From: Thermoplasmata archaeon
GTDB taxonomy: Archaea > Thermoplasmatota > Thermoplasmata > Lutacidiplasmatales > UBA184
DNA length: 64,000 nucleotides
Direction of reading: 5' to 3'
NCBI GenBank assembly: GCA_049802875.1
Contig: JBARNH010000007.1
Location: 67,194-131,193, forward strand
The stretch's first letter is position 1. The number at the start of each line of letters is the position of its first letter. Under the pieces are notes generated by a model. That model had not been told where the DNA came from, did not search any database, and worked only from the letters and a program-made list of their open reading frames with translations. Shown piece by piece: positions 55,960-64,000 of the stretch. The position numbers and the translations under genes are program-made.

Positions 55960-57449
55960 GCGGGGGCTGGAGCGGCATTCCCTGGAGCTGGAACTTCATC
56001 ACCGACGTGCGGACCCTCTGGTCGTACGAGTTCATGCGCAATGCGGTGGAGGCCGGAACGATCATCGCGATCATGGCCGGCATCATCGGCTACTTTGTCG
56101 TCCTGCGCCGTTCGTCCTTCGCCAGTCATGCCCTCGGCCACACGGGATTCTCGGGAGCGGCCGCCGCCGTCCTGGTCGGAGCCCAGCCGGTCTTCGGTCT
56201 CTTGATCTTCACCATCGCGGCGGCGAGTGGCATGGCCGTCCTGGGCACCCGTACGTCGAGCCGGGATGTCGAGATCGGGACGGTGCTCGCCTTCTCCCTG
56301 GGACTCGGATTGCTGTTTCTCAGCCTCTATCAGGGGTACGCCCAGGAGGCGTACTCGATCCTCTTTGGGGAGGTGCTGGGCATCAGCACCGCCGAAGTGG
56401 CCTTCACGTTCTGGAGCTGCTTGGGGGTCCTCGCGATCCTGGCGCTGATCTACCGCCCGCTACTGTTCGCGTCGCTTGACGAAGATGTCGCGGAGGCGAA
56501 GGGATTGCCCCTGGTCGGGCTCAACCTCGCGTTCCTGATTCTCCTCGCGGTGACGATCTCGTTCGCGGTCCAGATCATCGGTGTTCTGCTCATCTTTGCG
56601 CTGACGGTCACACCCGCCGCCATCGCAGTGCGCTTGACCAAACGGGCCCTGTGGGCGGTGGTGGTCTCCATCCTCGTGGCCGTGACCTCCGTCTGGGGGG
56701 GGTTGTTCGTCGCGCTTTGGACGAACTATCCCGCGAGTTTCTTCATCGTGGGCATCGTCTTCGTCGAGTACGTGTGCATCCGGGGCGTCGGCGTGCTCCG
56801 GGAAACGGCCCTCCTGCAAGCGGTCGATGCGTCCGAGCGGGAGGGAGTGCGATCGCTCCGGGACGCTTCGCTCACCGCGTCCATCTCCCAGGGGTTGTTC
56901 CTCGGTGGCGCTGCCTTCCTGACGGTGAGCCTGCTTGCGTACCCGGGGGCAGCGTGGAACCCCGCCGGCCTCTACGCGCACGCGGTCTGGGCGATTCTCT
57001 GCCTCGCATCAGGAGCGATCGTCGGGACGGCCTCCTTTCTCCTCTACTTCTCGGGGTTTCGAAAGATGGCCACCTCCTCCCGAGAGTTCACCCCTCCCGC
57101 CTTCCTGACTCTCGTAGGACTTCTGGGGTTTGCCCTGACTGCCGGGGGGCTCGGGCTCTATCTCTCGGGGGTAGCCCTCACCGCGACCTCCTACGGCCTC
57201 GCTCCAGTGGCGGTCCTGTTCGGCGCTCCGCTGCTCTTCCTGGGGGTGATCCTCTCCGTGGTGGGCCTCTTCGGCCAGGCGATGGGCAGCTGGCGCGCAG
57301 GATTCAGGTACCAGGACGGCACGCTGCGGGCCGGCGCGATTCTCATGATCCTCCCGGCGGTCGGACACGGGGTCTCCTACGTTGGTTACCGTCGAGCGCT
57401 CGCTCGCGAACCGAGCCTCGCCGCGCCTCCTTTGAGCGCATCCGCCTGA
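55956..57449 (+). CDS. ABC-3 family (ZnuB-like) permease with ~200-aa C-terminal multi-TM extension
   Basis: ATGA overlap with the ZnuC-like stop. The N-terminal ~280 aa match ABC-3 permeases. The C-terminal part adds about 5 more predicted helices. Confidence 0.7.
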   Translation: MSGGWSGIPWSWNFITDVRTLWSYEFMRNAVEAGTIIAIMAGIIGYFVVLRRSSFASHALGHTGFSGAAAAVLVGAQPVFGLLIFTIAAASGMAVLGTRTSSRDVEIGTVLAFSLGLGLLFLSLYQGYAQEAYSILFGEVLGISTAEVAFTFWSCLGVLAILALIYRPLLFASLDEDVAEAKGLPLVGLNLAFLILLAVTISFAVQIIGVLLIFALTVTPAAIAVRLTKRALWAVVVSILVAVTSVWGGLFVALWTNYPASFFIVGIVFVEYVCIRGVGVLRETALLQAVDASEREGVRSLRDASLTASISQGLFLGGAAFLTVSLLAYPGAAWNPAGLYAHAVWAILCLASGAIVGTASFLLYFSGFRKMATSSREFTPPAFLTLVGLLGFALTAGGLGLYLSGVALTATSYGLAPVAVLFGAPLLFLGVILSVVGLFGQAMGSWRAGFRYQDGTLRAGAILMILPAVGHGVSYVGYRRALAREPSLAAPPLSASA

Positions 57450-57638
57450 CATCCGGAGCCGGACTCGCTCCACACTCCCTACCCACATTCCCGACCCACC
57501 CGAACGACCTTGTTCGAGTTTGCGCTGCCACTTAGGGTGAAGCTGACCGTAGATTCGATGACCGCAAGCCGATAGGGCACCCCAACCGGTGTGCGGTGGG
57601 AAGTGGTTGTCTCTGCCCTCGGACGTCGGTCGAGGGGC

Positions 57639-58091
57639 CTACGCCGCGCTCCCCAGCGGTTTGGAGGGGGATTCCCCGGACGCCGAAGCCATCGCCATCT
57701 CGGGGCTTTCGACGATCTGGTCGATCTGCTGGATGACTCCCTTTTCGACGTGGGTCGTCCAGAGCATCTCAGGGACATCGACGGCGAGGAAAAGACCCGA
57801 GATGAGGATCACTTCGACCGCGGTGACCGCAAGGTTCTGGACGAACTTGCCGATCCCGACGCGGATCGAGAAGTCGCTCGGCTGCCCCGTGATCAGGATC
57901 GTGAATGCGCGGTCGGCGCTGATGATGTCCCGGAGGATACCCGCCTTTTGGGCTTGAATCACAGTTCCGCTCGAGTCCGACTTCGACTGAACCTTGTACC
58001 CTTGGCTCTGAAGCTTCTGGGCGATCGCCTGTCCGAGTGCGCCGAGGTCCTTGTTCTTTCCCTGGTAGTGCTGCGTCTTCTCTGCGACCAT
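57639..58091 (-). CDS. hypothetical protein (one TM segment)
   Basis: 150-aa ORF, Gln/Lys-rich, with an internal hydrophobic helix. Confidence 0.45.
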   Translation of the reverse strand: MVAEKTQHYQGKNKDLGALGQAIAQKLQSQGYKVQSKSDSSGTVIQAQKAGILRDIISADRAFTILITGQPSDFSIRVGIGKFVQNLAVTAVEVILISGLFLAVDVPEMLWTTHVEKGVIQQIDQIVESPEMAMASASGESPSKPLGSAA

Positions 58092-58308
58092 GTAGTCACC
58101 TTACCGGTTTCTACTCGCCGGGGGATATCTCTCGTAGCTGTCAGACGAGTGACGGCGTAACCGGTCGGTAAGGTTCCCTGCGCCGCCCCCCGAGAGTCGA
58201 ACGGAGAACGGTGGGCATCCCCGCCAATCGGACAAACCTGGGGCCGGACTGAAGTCTGCATCTCCATCGGACACGGAGGATCCTCTTTCCGGAGAGGGTC
58301 AGCTACGT

Positions 58309-58330
58309 GGGTGCACGTACCATCGCACCC
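58309..58330. repeat. palindromic motif variant (TGCAC..TCGCA)
   Basis: GGGTGCACGTACCATCGCACCC. Confidence 0.4.
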
Positions 58331-58446
58331 ACGCGAGATCTCGTCCAACCATACTCGGTAGCTCCGCGTGTACCTGGTGAGCAACTCACGGTGCCCTGGC
58401 CAATCCTAATACGACCCCAGGAGCTTTTCGTCGTCGCGAATCCTCG

Positions 58447-58968
58447 ATGAAAGAGATGGTTGTTTGCACCCGCCAAACCTTCGAGTGCCCGGCGAGGACA
58501 ATCTGGTCGTTGATGTGCAATTCGCAGATGGACGACTCAACTTCGCTGCTTTTCAAGTTAGGCGTTCCGCAACCTGTGCAGTGCCGCGTCGCCGACGGCC
58601 GCCCGGGGGTCGGCAGCGAGCGAGAGTGCATCTCGGACCAAGGAGTGGTTCATCAGCGGATCCTGGTTTGGGAGCCCGACACGTGCCTATCATTCCGGAT
58701 GGAGAGCACGGATATGTCGTTCGGCCGACACATCCGCGACCTCGTCGATACGTTCGATCTCCGGGCGACACCCCGTGGAGTCGAGGTAACTCGAACGACC
58801 CAGATCCGGACCCAAGGGCTCTTCCAAGTTCTGACGAGATTCGCCCTCTACTTCAGTTTGAAGAAGGTACACCGCTACGTTTTTCAGAACTGGAAACGGC
58901 TCGCCGCAAGCGGAGCGCCTTCGCCGCCTTCCCTCGAAAGCGGGTCGTCGTCTGCCCTGACCCCTTGA
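58447..58968 (+). CDS. SRPBCC-like hypothetical protein
   Basis: 173 aa with a polyketide-cyclase-like N-terminus (ECPARTIWSLMCNSQ). Weak. Confidence 0.4.
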   Translation: MKEMVVCTRQTFECPARTIWSLMCNSQMDDSTSLLFKLGVPQPVQCRVADGRPGVGSERECISDQGVVHQRILVWEPDTCLSFRMESTDMSFGRHIRDLVDTFDLRATPRGVEVTRTTQIRTQGLFQVLTRFALYFSLKKVHRYVFQNWKRLAASGAPSPPSLESGSSSALTP

Positions 58969-59082
58969 GGCGCAGTTGCATCCAAGTAGGACACTGCAGC
59001 TCCAGTTGTGCTCTATCCTCGACGACTCGCTCCGACCTGGCCAGCGCACGGCTCCGGCCGTACCGATGGTGTGTGCACTCGA

Positions 59083-59538
59083 TCACCGGACGACAGCAGC
59101 GATCGGCAGGGCACGGAGAAAATCGTCGATGGCGGGCGCCGGACCCGGAATTCGCCAGAACATCGTGCCCTCGCTCCCGGGACGGAGAGGCATTGCCCCA
59201 AGCGCGGTGGTGCGGCTTCCGTCCGACCGTGCCTTGATGGCCAGGTCGCAGACGTCCGGATCTGGGGAGAGGCCGTGCTCCTTGCCCACATGGACCGCGA
59301 TCGTCGCGGAGTTGTCGAATTCCCACGCGGGCGCCTCGGTTCCGGCCACCCATGGGCCGTTCAGGACTCGAGTCCGAGGAAGGGTGGGTATCGCCCCCTT
59401 CCAGGCCATGTAGACGCGTTTACTCGGAAGGAACTGGTGCGGACCGGTCCACGGGACCAGGATTCGCTGGTCAGTGAACGCAATCCGGACCGGGCCGTAG
59501 CCTAGGGTGACTTCGAACGCCGTAGGAATATCCCCCAA
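59083..59538 (-). CDS. hypothetical protein
   Basis: 151-aa ORF, and the only protein-like frame in a 770-bp gap. Confidence 0.35.
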   Translation of the reverse strand: MGDIPTAFEVTLGYGPVRIAFTDQRILVPWTGPHQFLPSKRVYMAWKGAIPTLPRTRVLNGPWVAGTEAPAWEFDNSATIAVHVGKEHGLSPDPDVCDLAIKARSDGSRTTALGAMPLRPGSEGTMFWRIPGPAPAIDDFLRALPIAAVVR

Positions 59539-59690
59539 CAGGAGCTCTGGTACTGTGAAGGACGGCTCAGCCGAGAGAACTAGGGGAGAACCTCAGGCCT
59601 CGCAGAACGCCGCTCCCGAGGTCGATAGAGCACCGCACCGTGGACAATTGGGGGTCACGACCTCGGAGAAGTCTCGAGGACTAAAGGAGT

Positions 59691-59710
59691 AGGTGCAAGG
59701 CCGATTGCAC
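59691..59710. repeat. GGTGCAA-N6-TTGCACC family palindromic motif
   Basis: AGGTGCAAGGCCGATTGCAC. Confidence 0.65.
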
Positions 59711-59740
59711 AGAGAGCCGTCGCGGCACCGGAGAGTTTGG

Positions 59741-60193
59741 TTAGGCGGACTTCCCGCTTCCGCCAGTCGCTCCGAGTGCAGCAATCTGGGCACGCGCCGC
59801 CTGCGCGATGTCAGAGCCGGTGTTCGCGTGGCCATTGATCCCCCAACCTCCTTCCGGGGATTCATAGATCAGTACCCACGTTCGCTCCGCGAGCGACGGA
59901 TCGGCTGCCGCCTTCGCGATGATCGCCGTTAGCTCAGCGACCACTCCGAGTTGCTTCTCGCGGTCCAGAACGCCAACCGGTGTCAACACTTGGACTCGCA
60001 CGTAGTTACTGTCCCCATCAACGTTCGATATTGAATCCGCGGGGAGGTCGTGCACGAAGGCCGCCGTGTTCTTCCGGAAGAGTGGGAGCGGGGGGACCTT
60101 CTCCCACTTCATCACCGCGGCCGCGAGATCCTTCGCGAGCGTGAGCCGGTCGGCGAATGTCCCGGTCTTCGCGTACACATCAATCATCGGCAT
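59741..60193 (-). CDS. tautomerase-family protein (tandem 4-OT-like domains)
   Basis: Begins MPMIDVYAKTG (Pro1 after Met removal). About 150 aa. Divergent from the TetR gene. Confidence 0.55.
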   Translation of the reverse strand: MPMIDVYAKTGTFADRLTLAKDLAAAVMKWEKVPPLPLFRKNTAAFVHDLPADSISNVDGDSNYVRVQVLTPVGVLDREKQLGVVAELTAIIAKAAADPSLAERTWVLIYESPEGGWGINGHANTGSDIAQAARAQIAALGATGGSGKSA

Positions 60194-60301
60194 GGGTCGA
60201 ATCAAGCATTATGATGGTCATCATATAATGGTTGGCCAAGGGCGTCGGGTGAAACCGAATGCGGTGGCTTAACAAACCCTGAAGCGCCTCCGCGAAGCGA
60301 A

Positions 60302-60889
60302 ATGGCTAGGGATAGTAGAGATCGGATGGTGGTGACTGCGGCGTCGCTCCTTGGATCCCGTGGGGCCGGGGGCGTCTCTCTGACCGACATCTTGGAGGGT
60401 AGCAAGGCACCTCGTGGGTCGATCTATCACCATTTCCCCGGCGGGAAACGCGAACTCGTCGAGGATGCGATGCGATGGACCTCGGAACAGGTACTGGGTT
60501 ACCAGCGCAGATGCACCGGCCGCACGCCGGCCGACGTGTTGGAACACTTCGTCGACTTTTTCCGCCAATCGATGATCTCGTCGGGGTGTGCGGCAGGATG
60601 CCCGGTGGCGGGCGTCATCCTCGATACTTACGGGTCGAAAGGGAGCCTCAAGCAAGCGGGTCGCGCGAGTTTTCGAGCGTGGGTCACGCTTCTCGCGAAA
60701 CAGCTCGAAGCAGCCGGAACTCCCCGTGGGAAAGCGCCTGATCTTGCCGCGATGGCGTTGGCGTCGGTCGAGGGGGCATTGATCCTCTGCCGGGCGGAGG
60801 GCAACATTCGTCCTCTGGAGCTTGTCGCGGAACAGCTTCGCTTCTTGGCCCGCCGGTTCAGCACCACCCGTCCCTTGAGATCGCACTAG
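60302..60889 (+). CDS. TetR/AcrR-family transcriptional regulator
   Basis: MVVTAASLLGSRGAGGVSLTDILEGSKAPRGSIYHHFPGGKRELV (TetR HTH). Confidence 0.75.
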   Translation: MARDSRDRMVVTAASLLGSRGAGGVSLTDILEGSKAPRGSIYHHFPGGKRELVEDAMRWTSEQVLGYQRRCTGRTPADVLEHFVDFFRQSMISSGCAAGCPVAGVILDTYGSKGSLKQAGRASFRAWVTLLAKQLEAAGTPRGKAPDLAAMALASVEGALILCRAEGNIRPLELVAEQLRFLARRFSTTRPLRSH

Positions 60890-60950
60890 CAATGCGCTGG
60901 GCGACGGTGAACATGCTTAGACCAACCTCTGACCCCGTTTCAGGACCCCG

Positions 60951-61871
60951 GTGAGCCGTTATATCAAGGGATTCCGACGAAGGGACATGCCGAACACACC
61001 TCGATATGCGGTGGTGACCAGCGCAACCCGCGGGGCGGGAAAGGCCGTCGCTATCGAGCTTGGGGGAGCGGGTTGGACGATCGCAGTGACCGGCAGAAGC
61101 ACCCGCGAGACTCCCAGCCGGGAAGGGATCGGGGGCACCCTTGAGGACACGGCAACGGCGGTCGAGCATGCGGGGGGAAGATGCCTGCCCACCCGATGCG
61201 ACCTCTCCCGCGAAGAAGACTTGACGACGTTGACAGAGAAGGTGAAGAGAGAATTCCCGACGCTTGACCTCCTCGTGAACTGCGCCTGGGGAGGTTACGA
61301 GGAACACGACCTCGAAAATTTCGTTCGACCGTTCTGGGAGCAGCCGACTCATCATTGAGATCGGATGTTCAATTCTGGAGTCCGTCTCACACTTCGGACT
61401 TCGGCCCGTCTCACCCCACTCCTGATGCCTAACCGCCGTGGTTGCATCTTCAATATTGTGGCCTGGTTGGAGGGAGAGTACCTGGGAAACCTCTACTACG
61501 ACACGGCAAAGTCCGCCATTATCCGAATGACTGAGGGGATGGCAAAGGAGCTCCGTCCCTACGGGGTTGCGGCCATCGCGTTGGTTCCCGGGTTCATGCG
61601 CACGGAACGCGTCACGGCATCGCATGCCGTGCATCCCTTCGACCTCAGCTCGACGGAATCGCCCTCGTATCTTGGGAGAGCCGTGGCGGCGCTGGCCAGC
61701 GACCCAGATATCCTCGCAAAATCCGGCCAGCTCCTTTACGTGGGGAATCTGGCGAAAGTCTACGGGTTCACCGACATCGACGGGACTCAGCCGCCCGTAT
61801 TCCGACCCGGCGATTTGGAACGTGCCTACGGAGAATCGCAATCGGGCGAGCCCCCGTCAGATCCTCCCTGA
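60951..61871 (+). pseudogene. short-chain dehydrogenase/reductase (SDR) interrupted by in-frame TGA at 61356-61358
   Basis: ORFs 60951..61358 (TGxxxGxG: VVTSATRGAGKAVA) and 61365..61871 (YDTAKSAI = YxxxK) are in the same frame. The junction reads ...EQPTHH*DRMFNSGV, where the SDR consensus has Trp (E.WDRVF.VN). This fits a TGG to TGA change. Confidence 0.6.
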
Positions 61872-62092
61872 GCGCGAGCGCGCTCACCCAGGCAAGCCGT
61901 GAGGGCCACCGAAGGTGCAGCCCCAATTACGCGCCCGACTTCCCATTGGAAGAGAGGATTCCGGTAACCCACGTCAAGAAGCTTGTGAACGCGATCAGAG
62001 GCCCATGAGCGGACTGGCATGAGACAGCGGTCGCCAGTACCCCTGGGGGTACAGTATTACTCCCCGTAGCCGTTCCGTCGTGGGATTCAGGG

Positions 62093-62386
62093 ATGGCGAC
62101 GTACGCGCTTTTCGAGGTCGATTGGCACGATCAGAATATGGCCAAGGAGTATCGGGAGAAGTTCGGACCGGTTCTCGATAAATATCGGGGCAAGACCCTC
62201 TGCGCCGGCCCGCCTCAGGTGATCGAAGGGAGCTGGAATCCGGCGAGAGTGGTCATACTCGAGTTTCCGACCACCGACGACTTTCGCACCTGGTATGCCT
62301 CTCCGGAGTATGCGCCCGTGCTCAAACTTCGTAAGGAAGGCGCGACCACCAAGACGGTGGTGGTCGTCGAAGGGCCGACTCGCTAA
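62093..62386 (+). CDS. DUF1330-family protein
   Basis: 97 aa: YALFEVDWHDQNMAKEYREKFGPVLDKYRGK...VVILEFPTTDDFRTWYASPEY. Confidence 0.7.
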   Translation: MATYALFEVDWHDQNMAKEYREKFGPVLDKYRGKTLCAGPPQVIEGSWNPARVVILEFPTTDDFRTWYASPEYAPVLKLRKEGATTKTVVVVEGPTR

Positions 62387-62522
62387 CCGGCCCGGAACGG
62401 TCCCCGACCTGTCCGCCGCTGTTGCGGCTTCCGTGAGCGCTTCCTAAGAGCCGCCCCTCCTTCGCCAATCGCGAACAATGCCGGCTCCGAGGAGGCGAGC
62501 GGGGGCGCGTCGCCCGACCGGT

Positions 62523-63188
62523 ATGCCTGCATCGGCCCGTGCTTTCTGGACTCGATTATACGCGGAGATCCCTACTCAAGGCCTCCCGTGGGCCAACACG
62601 GGTCCGTTCCCGCCACTGGTTCGAGCGGTGGAGAACGGCTGGTTGAGTACGCCAGGTCCCGTGCTCGATGTTGGGTGTGGAGTCGGCACGAACACCCTCT
62701 GGCTCGCCAGTCAGGGTTTCCAAGCGACCGGGATTGATATCGCCCCCGGGGCGGTCGCGGCGGCGGTATCGAATCGGGGGGCGACACTTCGGAATCCAAA
62801 TTTCTTGGAGGATGACGTGCTCGTCAGTTCTCTACCCACGGCGAAATTCCGATCTGCGGTTGACGTGGGATGTTTCCAGACCCTTCCCCCGCGTACGCGA
62901 AGGGCGTTTTCGGCCGGCCTTGCCCGCCTGCTCTCACCGGGAGCGCCCTATCTTCTCTTTTGGGTCGCCCGAGAGGAGACGGGACCATGGGGTCCTCCCC
63001 ACCGCCTGTCGGTCGGCGAGGTCGTCGACACCTTCGAGTCGTTGTTCCTCGTCGAGCAGGTCGAGTATCGACCCCGCACCGTTCGCCTCACGCGCCAACT
63101 GATGCGGTCGGCTCGCCCCCTGGCGACTCTCTCCGGATACACCGCCCGACTCGTGCGCCGGCGCGCTCCCCAACCTCCGGCCAAATGA
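62523..63188 (+). CDS. class I SAM-dependent methyltransferase
   Basis: Motif I VLDVGCGVGTNTLWLA. Acidic post-I motif GIDIAP. ORF-track start 62478. Confidence 0.65.
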   Translation: MPASARAFWTRLYAEIPTQGLPWANTGPFPPLVRAVENGWLSTPGPVLDVGCGVGTNTLWLASQGFQATGIDIAPGAVAAAVSNRGATLRNPNFLEDDVLVSSLPTAKFRSAVDVGCFQTLPPRTRRAFSAGLARLLSPGAPYLLFWVAREETGPWGPPHRLSVGEVVDTFESLFLVEQVEYRPRTVRLTRQLMRSARPLATLSGYTARLVRRRAPQPPAK

Positions 63189-63681
63189 CCTGATTTTGGC
63201 GTGATCGAGCGTGATCGAACGAACACCGGATCTTGGGTTAGGCCAGGTTCATCGCCTTCCGAACTGATCCAGATCTCGGATCCCTTCCTAGTTGGGGGAC
63301 CTGATTCGATCGGATTTCCGACGGGATCGACTGGCGCCCGCTGCTGGGGGTTTAGGAAGGTACGTGACGTCAAATGTCGGGTTCAATGGTCGCGGTTTCC
63401 CATCCGCTGCGTCAGCGCGAGGGTTCCACTTCGAGGTACGACGCCGACGCTCCCGTGATTCGAGCTCAAGCCTCGAAGAGGAAATGAGCCGTCGACGGGG
63501 CGCTGGCGCACCCCGGACCTGGTGATCAACCGTTTTGGGGTGAAACGTACGCGGCCGCCCGACTCCGGTGCTCGAGGATTCGACCCTGGTGTCACCCGAG
63601 CCCCGGCGCGGATCCCCTCTAGAGTGTGACGACGACCCTTCCCAGGGCGCGGCCCTGAATCGAATGGATTTCGGGTGGAAA

Positions 63682-63702
63682 GGGTGCAACCGACATTGCA
63701 CC
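63682..63702. repeat. GGTGCAA-N6-TTGCACC family palindromic motif
   Basis: GGGTGCAACCGACATTGCACC. Confidence 0.65.
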
Positions 63703-63770
63703 TCCCGAAGTAGCGGGGCGAGTGAGCCCTTGCAGAACCGCTTAATCCCGAAGTGAGGTCCGATGTTCCG

Positions 63771-64000
63771 ATGAGTGACGTCAACCCCGCGATGGCCGCC
63801 GTGTTCCAAAGGTTCATCGAGGCGTGGAATCTCCGCGATCCCGCGGAGCGTCGCCGAGTACTCGAAGAAACGTGCGCACCTGAGATCGAGATATCGAGCC
63901 CGTACGGTCACTATCGAGGTATCGACAAACAATTCGATGAAATCTCTCAGTTTCGAAAGCAGTTCCCTGAGGGTCATTGCGTCAGCCGGATCGTCTCTCA
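63771..64000 (+). CDS. partial CDS (5' end), NTF2/SnoaL-like small protein, runs off window
   Basis: ATG at 63771 preceded by GAGGT. MSDVNPAMAAVFQRFIEAWNLRDPAERRRVLEETCAPEIEI... Confidence 0.4.
   Translation, partial: MSDVNPAMAAVFQRFIEAWNLRDPAERRRVLEETCAPEIEISSPYGHYRGIDKQFDEISQFRKQFPEGHCVSRIVS

Noticed and set aside
60858-61841. 327-aa minus-strand ORF
   Set aside because: It is antisense to the SDR gene, whose two halves show TGxxxGxG and YxxxK motifs.
61872-62092. Possible degenerate palindromic-motif copy AGGTGCAGCCCCAATTACGCGCCC
   Set aside because: There are too many mismatches to the 3' arm to count as a family member.
63288-63977. 229-aa minus-strand ORF
   Set aside because: It is antisense to a plus-strand partial CDS beginning at 63771 that has an RBS-like GAGGT. 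Arg/Ser-rich composition.
1-64000. Searched for tRNA/rRNA genes, CRISPR arrays, transposases, integrases
   Set aside because: No cloverleaf-compatible T-arm/acceptor combinations were found. No regularly spaced direct repeats with unique spacers. No DDE/tyrosine-recombinase-like ORFs. The GGTTCGAGCCC at 6463 does not fold into a tRNA.

Overview
This is a high-GC (~62-65%) prokaryotic chromosomal segment, gene-dense on both strands. Several signals point to an archaeon rather than a bacterium, though none is proof. AT-rich TATA-like boxes sit about 25-35 bp upstream of apparently leaderless start codons (e.g. 53392, 24340, 16890). Surface proteins are rich in N-glycosylation sequons and carry C-terminal TM anchors. 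There are YVTN beta-propeller repeats and an archaeal-type AAA ATPase. Weak Shine-Dalgarno-like GGTGA/GGGGA motifs occur as well.

The content is housekeeping and accessory. It includes redox enzymes (FAD oxidase, sarcosine-oxidase-like, two Rieske paralogs, a ferredoxin), hydrolases (GH15 glucoamylase, M28 and M19 peptidases, alpha/beta hydrolases) and transporters (MFS, ABC-2, a metal ABC uptake operon with a DtxR/MntR regulator). Small regulators are numerous (ArsR x2, MarR, TetR, HxlR, Lrp x2), and SRPBCC/AHSA1 proteins are unusually abundant (5 copies). There are two class-III nucleotidyl cyclases, an AbiEi/AbiEii-like toxin-antitoxin pair, and several secreted or surface glycoproteins with tandem Ig-like repeats.

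I found no tRNA, rRNA, CRISPR array or recognisable transposase.

The most striking feature is a 20-bp palindrome, GGTGCAA-N6-TTGCACC. About 27 copies are dispersed through the window, essentially one per intergenic region. None of the annotated features explains it.

Other points of interest are these. A lower-GC island (~3.2-7.5 kb) carries two adjacent uncharacterised Zn-ribbon proteins. Three genes are disrupted by single lesions: a TAA at 8214-8216 (YVTN surface protein, at a conserved Gly), a TGA at 61356-61358 (SDR, at a conserved Trp) and a frameshift near 31826 (SnoaL-like gene). These are either genuine pseudogenes or assembly errors. Several gene pairs are recently duplicated (PaaI thioesterases ~80% nt identity, the Rieske proteins, and the ArsR-AHSA1 pairs).
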